Notes under the pieces: model-generated
The model's input: only the letters and a program-made list of their open reading frames with translations
The model's database searches: none
Told to the model about the DNA's origin: nothing
Translations under genes and position numbers: made by a program
Part shown: in pieces, positions 17,098 through 24,896 of the stretch
Layout: each line of letters starts with the position of its first letter
Position numbering within the stretch: the first letter of the stretch is position 1
Assembly (NCBI GenBank): GCA_964411415.1
Contig: CAYPKV010000002.1
Coordinates: 1 to 44,655, forward strand
Direction: 5' to 3'
Source of the DNA: an uncultured bacterium
Lineage (GTDB): Bacteria > Deinococcota > Deinococci > Deinococcales > Trueperaceae
DNA length: 44,655 bases

Positions 17098-20000
17098 TTA
17101 CGGGAGGAGTACGTTCAGTACGGTCACGTCGTTCTCGTTGAACTCGAGGCCGAGGACCCGGAAGATGCCGTTGTCCAGGAGGCCGCTGAGCAGATCGTCG
17201 AGGGGCAGGTTAGCTCCGACGCTGCCGTTCGTGATGCCGAGCACGTCGTTCACCAGGCTGGTCACCACACCGAGCAGCTCGTTCAGGAGCGTGTTGACTG
17301 GCAGCAGACCGCCAAGCGCTCCATCGATGTCGACCTGCGCATCCAGCTCCACTTCGAGGTCGGCGAGGAGATCGGTGATCAGCGTGCCGAGCGAGGCAGA
17401 CGGTACTGTCTGGGTCTTGGGGTACGGGCCGGTGAAGGTGATTGTGTTTGCCCCGACGGTCCTGGAGCTGTCGGCACGGGCGAGGACGTCTGCGGTGACT
17501 TCGACACTGGCGAGCGGCAAGCCGAGGAGCGTCGCGGCGATGTCCAGATCGACTGTGGCGATCGTGCCGAAGTCCGCGGTCACGGGTGTGGTGCGGCTGC
17601 GGTCGAAGAACACAACGGGATCGACGCTGCCCAGGTGGAGGTGCGCCAGCGTGCCGAGCGAGGCGATCGTGACGGAGCCGTCAGTTTCGTTGATCGCTGT
17701 GACTTCGCCCTCGAAGCCACCGACTTCAGCGAACAGGTCGAGGTCAGTGACGGTCAGGTCGAGGTTGAGGTCCAGCAGCGCGAGGGCGTCCAGCAGACCT
17801 GCTACGAGTCCCAGGAGGCCGCCGACCAGTCCACTGCCTTCATCGAGGCTGTCAAGGCTCAGGCCGAGACCGTTCAGTTCCACTGCCAGCCTGATGCCGG
17901 CAGAGCGGAAGCTGGTCGAGCCGTCAGTGCTGCCCAGTCGGTCAACCCGGGCCACGGTGATGACCGGGGGCTCAACGATCTGCAGGTGGATACGTGCGAG
18001 CGCGCCAGCACCCAGGCCGTCGATGACACCATCCAGGCCGAGCAGCGGCAGCAGGCCACCGACGCCACTGAGGCCGATCTCGACGGGTTCAGGAGCGCCA
18101 ACCACGTTCTGGGCGTTGAACAGCTCGAGGAAGAGTGCGACCAGGTCAAGGACACTCAGTTCGATGTTGCGGAGGCTGAGCAGGTCTTCAGGATCGACGT
18201 TGATCAGATCACCGAGTTCGATCGGCAGGTCTTCGGCAGGCAGCCCGTCGAGCAGGTCCTGAAGCGGAAGGGCAGCAGCCGTGCCGGACACCACGTCCAG
18301 GAGTGCACCGAGTACGTCAGCCAGATCGACTTCGTCCAGGAGGACGATTTCCGGGCCGGTGGCGCCGAGGTTCAGCGACAGGACTTCGAGCAGGTCGAGC
18401 AGGTCCACCTGCGTATTGAGGAGCGCGTCATTGCTGAGGACCGTCAGGTCGGCGTTCTTGCCGAGCAGTCCGGCCAGCAGCGGTGCGAGGAGGCCGCGCT
18501 CGTCAGCATCGAGTTCGATGAGCGTTGAGCCCGTACGGACGACGGCGGTGGTGATGCTCGCCGGGTCGATGACGGTGATCGTCACGAGTTTGACGTCGTA
18601 ACCGCCGGCGCTGTCAGCCGCAACCAGTACGGCCTGGTACTGACCTGCATCGGCATAGGTGTGGTTGTCGCTGCCGCTGGCAGCTCCTTCAGTGGGGACG
18701 CTGCCGTCGCCGTAGAACAGCCAGGTGCTGACCGGCAGGCCAGCCGGGCTCTCTGCGGTCCAGTCGAAAGTGACTTCAAGCGGCATGTCACCTGAATCAG
18801 GTGTTGCAGTGAACGCGCTGATCACGGGGCTGTCGGCGTCTGCTGCGGGCAGGACCGTGACGGTGATGCTCTCCCGGGCGGTACGGTTGTCCTCATCCTG
18901 AATGACGAGTGAGGGTGTGTAGACGCCGGGCTGGCGGTACTGGTGCGAGAAGCTGCCGTCGTCGCAGTCGAACACGGTGTGCTCCGCTGAGCCGTCGCCC
19001 AGGTCGAGCACGCAGATGGTGCCCAGATCGGCGGTGATGCCCCATTCGAACGAGACAGTCAGTGGTGCGGTCCCGGCAGCAGGGTCAGCTTTGAACTCGT
19101 CGATGGTCGGGGGCTGGCCGCTGCCGCTGCCGCTCACGGACACGGTCGTGCTGCGCTTGATGACAGAGCCGTCGCTGAGCAGTGCAGTGAGTTCAGCTGT
19201 GTATGCTCCGGCGGTGGCGTAGTTGTGGTCCGCAGAAGATGCGAGCTCAGTCGGGGTGATCTCCGGCGTCAGGTCGCCGAAATCGATGCTGATGCTTTCG
19301 ACGAGGTCAGACGGGTCCAGGATGAGCCAGTGGAAGGTGGTGTCGAACGGTGCGGCGCCACCTGCAGGATCAGCGAGGAACGCTGCTACCGCCGGCTGGA
19401 CGGGTGCCGGATCGCTGCTGACTTCTACGGTCACTGAACGGGTGCTCGTGCCGGCGGCGTTGCTGGCGGTGAGCGTGTAGGTAGTGGTGGCGTCCGGTGC
19501 GACGCTGGTGCTGCTGTTCGGTGCGACGTCGCCGATGCCCTGATCGATGGTGACCGTGTCGGCACCGACGATCACCCAGCTGAGGGTGCTGGTCTGGCCA
19601 GGTGCGATGCGGGCGGGATTGGCGTTGAAGCGTCCGATGAGTGGCGCTCCGGCCGGGTCCTCACGGACGTAGACCGTGACGGTGCGGCTGCTCGTACCGG
19701 CGCTGTTGGTGGCCCGCAGTGTGTAGGACGTCGTTGTGGTCGGGCTGACTTCCGCAGTGCCGGTGGCGCTTACCGTTCCTACTGTCGGAGAGATGGTGAT
19801 GCTGTCAGCACCGGATACGTTCCAGCTCAGGGTGCTGACGTCACCGCGTTCGATTCCTTCGGGATCAGCGCTGAAACTGGTGATGAGCGGCCGGCCGCTG
19901 TCGTCGTCCGAACCGCGGACAGTGACGGTGGCAGTCGCCGTTACGGTGCCGTGGGCGTTGCTGGCCGTCAGCACGTATTCGGTAGTGTCTACGGGTGAGA

Positions 20001-20508
20001 CCGTGCGGTTGCCGGTGTTGCCGGCTACCGTACCGATGCCCTGGCTGATGGTGATGTCGTCTGCGCCGGCCACGTCCCAGGAGAGGACGCTGCTCTCGCC
20101 GGTGCTGATTTCAGTCGGGTCTGCCTGGAACCTGGCGATGAGCGGAGGGTCGTCAGGCTGGCGGACTGAGACGGTCACCTCAGCCTCAGTGCTGCCACGG
20201 CGGTTGGTGGCCACGACCGTGTAAGTGGTCGTCTCAGCGGGCGTAACCTCTCTGGTTCCTTCCGCGTCGACAGCATCCCCGAACGGCTGCAGAACGACAG
20301 AGTCGACTTCACCTGTGACCAGCCAGTTCAGAGTAGCGGATTCACCTGCGGTGATCGCCTGTGGTGCCGCGCTGAACTCCACTTCTGGTGCGGCTCCTGG
20401 CAGTCTCACCTGAGCGCAGGCTGCCAGCAGGACCACCAGCGCCAGCATCAGCAGTGGCTGTATTGCCCTGAAGGTTCTTCGCGATTGACTGCTGCCCATG
20501 CGTTGCAC
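17098..20508 (-). CDS. 1136-aa surface lipoprotein: 4 Ig-like repeats, 3 PKD-like domains and a 484-aa Leu/Asp/Gly/Val-rich C-terminal region
   Basis: AGGAGGT lies 6 nt upstream of the GTG at 20508. The lipobox is LLAA|C. Four roughly 95-aa repeats carry the pattern 'xGxSxxLSWxVxGADxxTIxxGIGxV...TTTYTLTAxNxxGT'. Three PKD-like units carry 'APLxVxFxW'. I cannot recognise the C-terminal region. Confidence 0.85.
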   Translation of the reverse strand: MQRMGSSQSRRTFRAIQPLLMLALVVLLAACAQVRLPGAAPEVEFSAAPQAITAGESATLNWLVTGEVDSVVLQPFGDAVDAEGTREVTPAETTTYTVVATNRRGSTEAEVTVSVRQPDDPPLIARFQADPTEISTGESSVLSWDVAGADDITISQGIGTVAGNTGNRTVSPVDTTEYVLTASNAHGTVTATATVTVRGSDDDSGRPLITSFSADPEGIERGDVSTLSWNVSGADSITISPTVGTVSATGTAEVSPTTTTSYTLRATNSAGTSSRTVTVYVREDPAGAPLIGRFNANPARIAPGQTSTLSWVIVGADTVTIDQGIGDVAPNSSTSVAPDATTTYTLTASNAAGTSTRSVTVEVSSDPAPVQPAVAAFLADPAGGAAPFDTTFHWLILDPSDLVESISIDFGDLTPEITPTELASSADHNYATAGAYTAELTALLSDGSVIKRSTTVSVSGSGSGQPPTIDEFKADPAAGTAPLTVSFEWGITADLGTICVLDLGDGSAEHTVFDCDDGSFSHQYRQPGVYTPSLVIQDEDNRTARESITVTVLPAADADSPVISAFTATPDSGDMPLEVTFDWTAESPAGLPVSTWLFYGDGSVPTEGAASGSDNHTYADAGQYQAVLVAADSAGGYDVKLVTITVIDPASITTAVVRTGSTLIELDADERGLLAPLLAGLLGKNADLTVLSNDALLNTQVDLLDLLEVLSLNLGATGPEIVLLDEVDLADVLGALLDVVSGTAAALPLQDLLDGLPAEDLPIELGDLINVDPEDLLSLRNIELSVLDLVALFLELFNAQNVVGAPEPVEIGLSGVGGLLPLLGLDGVIDGLGAGALARIHLQIVEPPVITVARVDRLGSTDGSTSFRSAGIRLAVELNGLGLSLDSLDEGSGLVGGLLGLVAGLLDALALLDLNLDLTVTDLDLFAEVGGFEGEVTAINETDGSVTIASLGTLAHLHLGSVDPVVFFDRSRTTPVTADFGTIATVDLDIAATLLGLPLASVEVTADVLARADSSRTVGANTITFTGPYPKTQTVPSASLGTLITDLLADLEVELDAQVDIDGALGGLLPVNTLLNELLGVVTSLVNDVLGITNGSVGANLPLDDLLSGLLDNGIFRVLGLEFNENDVTVLNVLLP

Positions 20509-20833
20509 TTGATTACCTCCTGAAAAGGTTGCGGAGTCTCAGCCGAACCGCCGCTGAGCGGATTGCGGCAGGTTCCTGCAGCTGAGTTACTCTGCAGCCA
20601 ATCGTCGTCCGTGTGTACCGGACAGCGTTAGAGGGTTACTCAAACACCGGGTGTGGTTTCCGCCCGGCATGACTGGGAGAATCTCCCACCCAAGCTTCAG
20701 ATGTGCGTCAGGGACGTGCGTACTGCAGCGATGTGGAAAACTCCACGTTCGGGCTTTGAACCGTGAATCTCGCCTGCAGCGGGGCCGCCTGAGCAGTATG
20801 CTGGGCGCATCACTGCATCACGAAAGGGGTCTC

Positions 20834-21286
20834 ATGAGGCTCATCCGAATACTGGCAGCACTGCTGATCGTCAGCACAGGCAGTGCCCTTGCGTACAACT
20901 CACTCACGGTCGGCCTGCAGGCCGAGGCGCACCAGTTCTTCGTCGGTTACAACGCCCACGCCGTGTTGCCGCTGGCGACTGTGCCGGGTGGCACCGGCGG
21001 CAGGGCCTTCTCGGCACGCGTCGACTTCTCAGCTGGTGATGTGGTGTACGCCGGCCTCGCTGCCGTGATCAGCGGCGCAGGACCCGGCCTTCAGCCGTTC
21101 GCTTCTCTGGGTGGCGGTGCAGCGTTATGGGGTGGACCGCTGCTGCCAACAGTCCAGGGCCTGCTTGGAGTGCGGGTGCAGCTGACAGGTGGACTGTGGG
21201 CGACAACTCAGTTCCAGATCCGCTTCGCGACCCGTGCCGGGCACCTGACCCCCAGCCTTGGTGTCGGCCTGGAGTACAGCTTCTGA
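20834..21286 (+). CDS. Small outer-membrane beta-barrel protein (mini-barrel copy B)
   Basis: The ATG at 20834 follows GAAAGGGG. The signal peptide is MRLIRILAALLIVSTGSALA|Y. The sequence ends ...LGVGLEYSF with a terminal aromatic residue. It is colinear with 4929..5393. Confidence 0.7.
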   Translation: MRLIRILAALLIVSTGSALAYNSLTVGLQAEAHQFFVGYNAHAVLPLATVPGGTGGRAFSARVDFSAGDVVYAGLAAVISGAGPGLQPFASLGGGAALWGGPLLPTVQGLLGVRVQLTGGLWATTQFQIRFATRAGHLTPSLGVGLEYSF

Positions 21287-21302
21287 TCTCAGTTTTCCTG
21301 TG

Positions 21303-22079
21303 TCACTCCTCGTCGACCACGTCGATGACTGTCTGATCGGCGAACATGTTGCCACTGAAACTGCGCGGTGACGTACCGTACACCTCGATGCCGATGCCGT
21401 TGGTGCTGAAGACCGTGTCGGTCACGGTGAGTGGCGAATCCACGGCGTATATGCCCGTCAGCCAGTTCTGGGAGAACATGCTCTTGCTGACCGTCACCTC
21501 GGCCGCACCGAACGCTGCGACACCCTGAATGTTCCCGTAGAACACTGTGTCCTCTGCGCGCAGCCGGGCGCCGTCCATAACCAGGATGCCTGTACCGAAC
21601 CAGACGCTATCCTCCGAACTGAGGACCGCCGCAGGGTCATCGAAGGCCATCGCGATGCCTGTACCTCTCAGGTCCAGCGCTACCGGCCCCGCCAGCGTGA
21701 TGAGGTCAGAACTGTATGAACCGCCGTGCATGAGCGTGACGTCCTGCATGCCCACTGCAACGGTGAAGCCGAGCGGACTGTAGATCGCCAGCTGCTCAGC
21801 GAACTCGCCACCGTCGGAATCGAAACGGAGGTAAGTCTCTAACGTGCCCGAACCGATCACCTGCACGTCCCTGGTGAGGTGCAGCTGCTCGGTAACGTTG
21901 AAGTCGCCCGGCCCGAGGTGAACCGTCCCGCCTGCAGTGAGCGCGTTCAGCCAGTCGTCTTCAGGGGTCAGCCAGTTCACCGCCGGCTGGACAGGCGGCA
22001 GCCTGCTGGCTACGCGCTGCGCAGCAGCAACATGTGGGATGAACAGCAGCAGGATGGCCAGCCTCTTGAGTGTGAGCAT
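21303..22079 (-). CDS. Secreted right-handed parallel beta-helix repeat protein
   Basis: GGAGGA precedes the ATG at 22079. The signal peptide is ...PHVAAA|Q. There are repeating roughly 22-aa turns such as 'VTLMHGG', 'LDLRGTGIAMA', 'AEDTVFYGNIQGVAA', 'VTVSKSMFSQN' and 'TVTDTVFSTNGIGIEV'. Confidence 0.65.
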   Translation of the reverse strand: MLTLKRLAILLLFIPHVAAAQRVASRLPPVQPAVNWLTPEDDWLNALTAGGTVHLGPGDFNVTEQLHLTRDVQVIGSGTLETYLRFDSDGGEFAEQLAIYSPLGFTVAVGMQDVTLMHGGSYSSDLITLAGPVALDLRGTGIAMAFDDPAAVLSSEDSVWFGTGILVMDGARLRAEDTVFYGNIQGVAAFGAAEVTVSKSMFSQNWLTGIYAVDSPLTVTDTVFSTNGIGIEVYGTSPRSFSGNMFADQTVIDVVDEE

Positions 22080-22109
22080 CTTGATTCCTCCGGGGCCGGT
22101 CAGGAAGTC

Positions 22110-22143
22110 GCCAGCCCCGGGACTTGCTGTTCCCGGGGCTGGC
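22110..22143 (-). terminator. Hairpin after copA (13-bp stem GCCAGCCCCGGGA/TCCCGGGGCTGGC, 8-nt loop)
   Basis: A perfect inverted repeat lies 52 nt beyond the copA stop. Confidence 0.6.
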
Positions 22144-22194
22144 GGTACCGGCCTGTTGAACGGATGCTACGCGTCGGGCCGTTACGTTCGCGTT

Positions 22195-24702
22195 TCAGGC
22201 CAGGCTGGGCGAGGCCTGACCGGCAGCAGCACCGGTAGGCAGGGAAGGCTGAAAGCGCCGCAGGCGCAGTGCGTTGGTCAGGACGAACACGCTGGAGAGC
22301 GCCATGGCCGCCGCCGCGAAAACCGGGCTGAGCAGTATGCCGAGCGATGGGTACAGAACACCGGCAGCGACCGGGATGAGGATCGCGTTGTAGAAGAACG
22401 CCCAGAACAGGTTCTGACGGATGTTGCGGATCGTTGCACGCGAGAGGGCCAGGGCGTTGCTGATGCCGCGCAGGTCACCCGACATCAGCACCACGTCGGC
22501 GCTCTCGATCGCGATATCGGTACCGGTGCCGATGGCGATACCGACGTCAGCCTGAGCAAGGGCAGGAGCGTCATTGATGCCGTCACCTACGAAAGCTACC
22601 TTGCGGCCGGCGGCCTGCAGCTGCGTGACCGCAGCGACCTTTCCTTCGGGCAGCACTTCGGCCAGCACTTCGTCGATGCCCAGTTGGCTGGCGATCGCTT
22701 CTGCAGTGGCCCTGTTGTCACCGGTGATCATCGCGACACGCAGACCCATGTTGTGCAGCGCCTGGATGGCAGTGGGGGTAGAAGCCTTGATGGGGTCCGC
22801 CACGGCAATCGCTGCAGCAAGCCGGCCATCCAGCGCGGCGTAGAGCGGAGTCTTGCCCTGTCCGGCCAGGCGCCGGGCAGTTTCTGCGAACGGTGCGGTC
22901 GGGACACCGATGCTGTCCATGAAACGGTCTGCGCCGACCTGGACCAGCTGGCCGTCCACCCGGGCCTGCACGCCGAAGCCGGGAACGGCTTCGAACTCGC
23001 CGGGTTCACTGACCGTGAGGCCGGCTGCACGGGCTGCGCTGACGATGGCCTGTGCTATGGGGTGCTCTGAGTTGAGTTCCACGGCGGCAACTGCAGCCAG
23101 TACTGCGTCGCGACTGAAGCCACCTGAGGTCTCGAGGTCCGTCAGAACGGGCTTGCCTTCAGTGAGTGTGCCTGTCTTGTCGAGTGCAACGATGCTGGTT
23201 TCCTGCAGGCTCTGCAGGGCTGCGCCGTTGCGGAACAGGACACCCAGTTCAGCGGCCTTGCCGGTGCCGACCATGATGCTGGTCGGAGTCGCCAGCCCCA
23301 TGGCGCAGGGGCAGGCGATGATCAGCACCGCAACGGCGTTCACCAGCGCAAGAACGTGGGCAGGTTCCGGTCCGAACATGAGCCACACGAGGAAAGTGAT
23401 CAGCGCAGCACCCATGACGATGGGCACGAATATGCTCACTACCCGGTCGGCGAGCGCCTGTATCGGCACCTTCGATCCCTGGGCGTTCTCAACCATCTGG
23501 ATTATCTGGGCCAGTACCGTGTCAGCGCCGACCCTGGTCGCTTCGAAGCGGAAAGCGCCGGTCCTGTTGATGGTACCGCCTGTCACTTCAGCGCCCTCAC
23601 CCTTCTGAACAGGTACCGGCTCCCCGGTGATCATGCTCTCGTCGATGAAACTTGAACCGCTGATGATGCGGCCGTCGAGCGGTACCCGGTCACCGGGCCG
23701 GACCAGGATGACGTCGCCAGGCACTACATCTTCGACCGGCAGTTCACGTTCGACGCCGGCCCGTTCGACCAGGGCGGTCTTCGGCTGCAGGCCAACGAGC
23801 TTGCGGATCGCTTCACTGGTGCGGCCCTTGGCGCGTGCCTCCAGGTACTTGCCGACGAGGATGAGCGTGATGATCGCTGTGCTGGCCTCGAAGTAGACGT
23901 GTACGGTGCCGGCGGGCAGCAGGCCGGGGAAGAAGGTCGCGATGACCGAGTAGCCGTAGGCGGCAGATGTCCCGAGCATGACGAGGGAGTTCATGTCTGG
24001 CGAGCCACTCGTGAGGGCGTGCCAGCCGCTGCGCATGAACTGCAGGCCCGGGCCGAACTGAACGACAGTGGCGAGGGCGAACATGATCACGTACAGAGTC
24101 TGCATCGGAATCAGTCCGTGCAGCCACGTGCTGACGGCGGGGATCATCATCGGCACCATGTCCAGCAGGAAAACCGGGATGGTGAACGATGCGGCGACGA
24201 TCAGCCGGCGGCGCAGGCGTGCCAGCTCCTGCTCCCGTGCTTCACGCTCGACGTCGGTCCGGTCACGGGCGCCTTCAGTGTCCAGAACCTCATAACCCGC
24301 GTCCTGGATGGCTCTGCGGAGGGTGGCGACCGTGACAAGTTCCGGCAGGTACGTCACGGTGGCCTTCTCGGTTGCCAGGTTCACGTTCGCCTGGATCACG
24401 CCGTCCGTGCGGCCGAGGGCGCGTTCGACCCGGCTGACGCAGTTGGCGCAGGTCATGCCCTGGATGCTCAGGGTGGCGTCAGCGGTCACCGGTTCATAGC
24501 CGCTGCCGCTTATGGCGCCCAGGACGTCGGAAACCGCCAGAACACGGCCATCGAACGAGACGGTGGCCTTCTCGGTCGCCAGGTTCACGGTGGCATCCGA
24601 TATGCCGTCGACGCGGTTCAGTGCGCGTTCGACCCGGCTGACGCAGTTGGCGCAGGTCATGCCCTGGATGCCGACTGAGAGTTGTCTGTTGCTCGTCTCC
24701 AT
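22195..24702 (-). CDS. copA: Copper-translocating P1B-type ATPase with two N-terminal HMA domains
   Basis: There are two '[15 protein letters not shown]' motifs. The sequence also carries 'CPC' ([12 protein letters not shown]), 'DKTGTLT' and 'GDGINDAP'. AGGAAGGCAGGA precedes the ATG. Confidence 0.95.
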   Translation of the reverse strand: METSNRQLSVGIQGMTCANCVSRVERALNRVDGISDATVNLATEKATVSFDGRVLAVSDVLGAISGSGYEPVTADATLSIQGMTCANCVSRVERALGRTDGVIQANVNLATEKATVTYLPELVTVATLRRAIQDAGYEVLDTEGARDRTDVEREAREQELARLRRRLIVAASFTIPVFLLDMVPMMIPAVSTWLHGLIPMQTLYVIMFALATVVQFGPGLQFMRSGWHALTSGSPDMNSLVMLGTSAAYGYSVIATFFPGLLPAGTVHVYFEASTAIITLILVGKYLEARAKGRTSEAIRKLVGLQPKTALVERAGVERELPVEDVVPGDVILVRPGDRVPLDGRIISGSSFIDESMITGEPVPVQKGEGAEVTGGTINRTGAFRFEATRVGADTVLAQIIQMVENAQGSKVPIQALADRVVSIFVPIVMGAALITFLVWLMFGPEPAHVLALVNAVAVLIIACPCAMGLATPTSIMVGTGKAAELGVLFRNGAALQSLQETSIVALDKTGTLTEGKPVLTDLETSGGFSRDAVLAAVAAVELNSEHPIAQAIVSAARAAGLTVSEPGEFEAVPGFGVQARVDGQLVQVGADRFMDSIGVPTAPFAETARRLAGQGKTPLYAALDGRLAAAIAVADPIKASTPTAIQALHNMGLRVAMITGDNRATAEAIASQLGIDEVLAEVLPEGKVAAVTQLQAAGRKVAFVGDGINDAPALAQADVGIAIGTGTDIAIESADVVLMSGDLRGISNALALSRATIRNIRQNLFWAFFYNAILIPVAAGVLYPSLGILLSPVFAAAAMALSSVFVLTNALRLRRFQPSLPTGAAAGQASPSLA
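24419..24671. repeat. 49-nt perfect direct repeat (24419..24467 and 24623..24671) within the two HMA-domain coding segments of copA
   Basis: The sequence gcgcgttcgacccggctgacgcagttggcgcaggtcatgccctggatgc occurs twice, 204 nt apart and in frame. It encodes ...[15 protein letters not shown]. Confidence 0.95.
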
Positions 24703-24744
24703 CGTTCCTGCCTTCCTGGCCGGGTGCCAACCTGAAGTGGCCGA

Positions 24745-24792
24745 CCCCCCGGGGGTAGGGGTATAATAGCGCAGTTACAGCCGGTCAGGCAA
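24745..24792 (-). promoter_or_regulatory. Putative copA promoter (-35 TTGCCT, 18-nt spacer, -10 TATTAT) with a C6/G5 palindrome directly downstream
   Basis: The minus strand reads cgcTTGCCTgaccggctgtaactgcgcTATTATaCCCCTACCCCCGGGGGGTcgg. The palindrome spans 24745..24757. The plus-strand complement of the -10 reads TATAAT. Confidence 0.4.
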
Positions 24793-24896
24793 GCGGCGTG
24801 CTACCGGCGGACCTGAACATGTTATAGTTCCCGCATCCACAATTCGTGCCCTGTGAGACGCACTTATTGCAGTTTCTTTCCCCCTGGAGGAAGTGT

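Noticed and set aside
17033-18528. Long plus-strand ORFs (17033..18262, 409 aa; 17635..18528, 297 aa) antisense to the 1136-aa lipoprotein gene
   Set aside because: The translations are S/R/P-rich or D/E/Q-rich low-complexity strings typical of shadow frames in GC-rich DNA. They lie opposite the compositionally biased L/D/G/V region, whose CTG/GAC/GGC/GTC codons give no antisense stops. The minus-strand frame has clear domains, a signal peptide and an SD.
20509-20833. Possible c-di-GMP riboswitch in the long leader of the giant lipoprotein or mini-barrel genes
   Set aside because: I could not find GEMM-I or GEMM-II-type conserved elements by eye on either strand, such as the GCAAA/GGCAAACC-type tetraloop-receptor segments. 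This is left as an unclassified regulatory region. An Infernal/Rfam scan would settle it.
21937-23070. 377-aa plus-strand ORF, and other plus-strand ORFs across 22.5-24.7 kb
   Set aside because: It lies antisense to the 5' end of the beta-helix gene (21303..22079) and to copA, which is unambiguous. These are GC-rich shadow frames.
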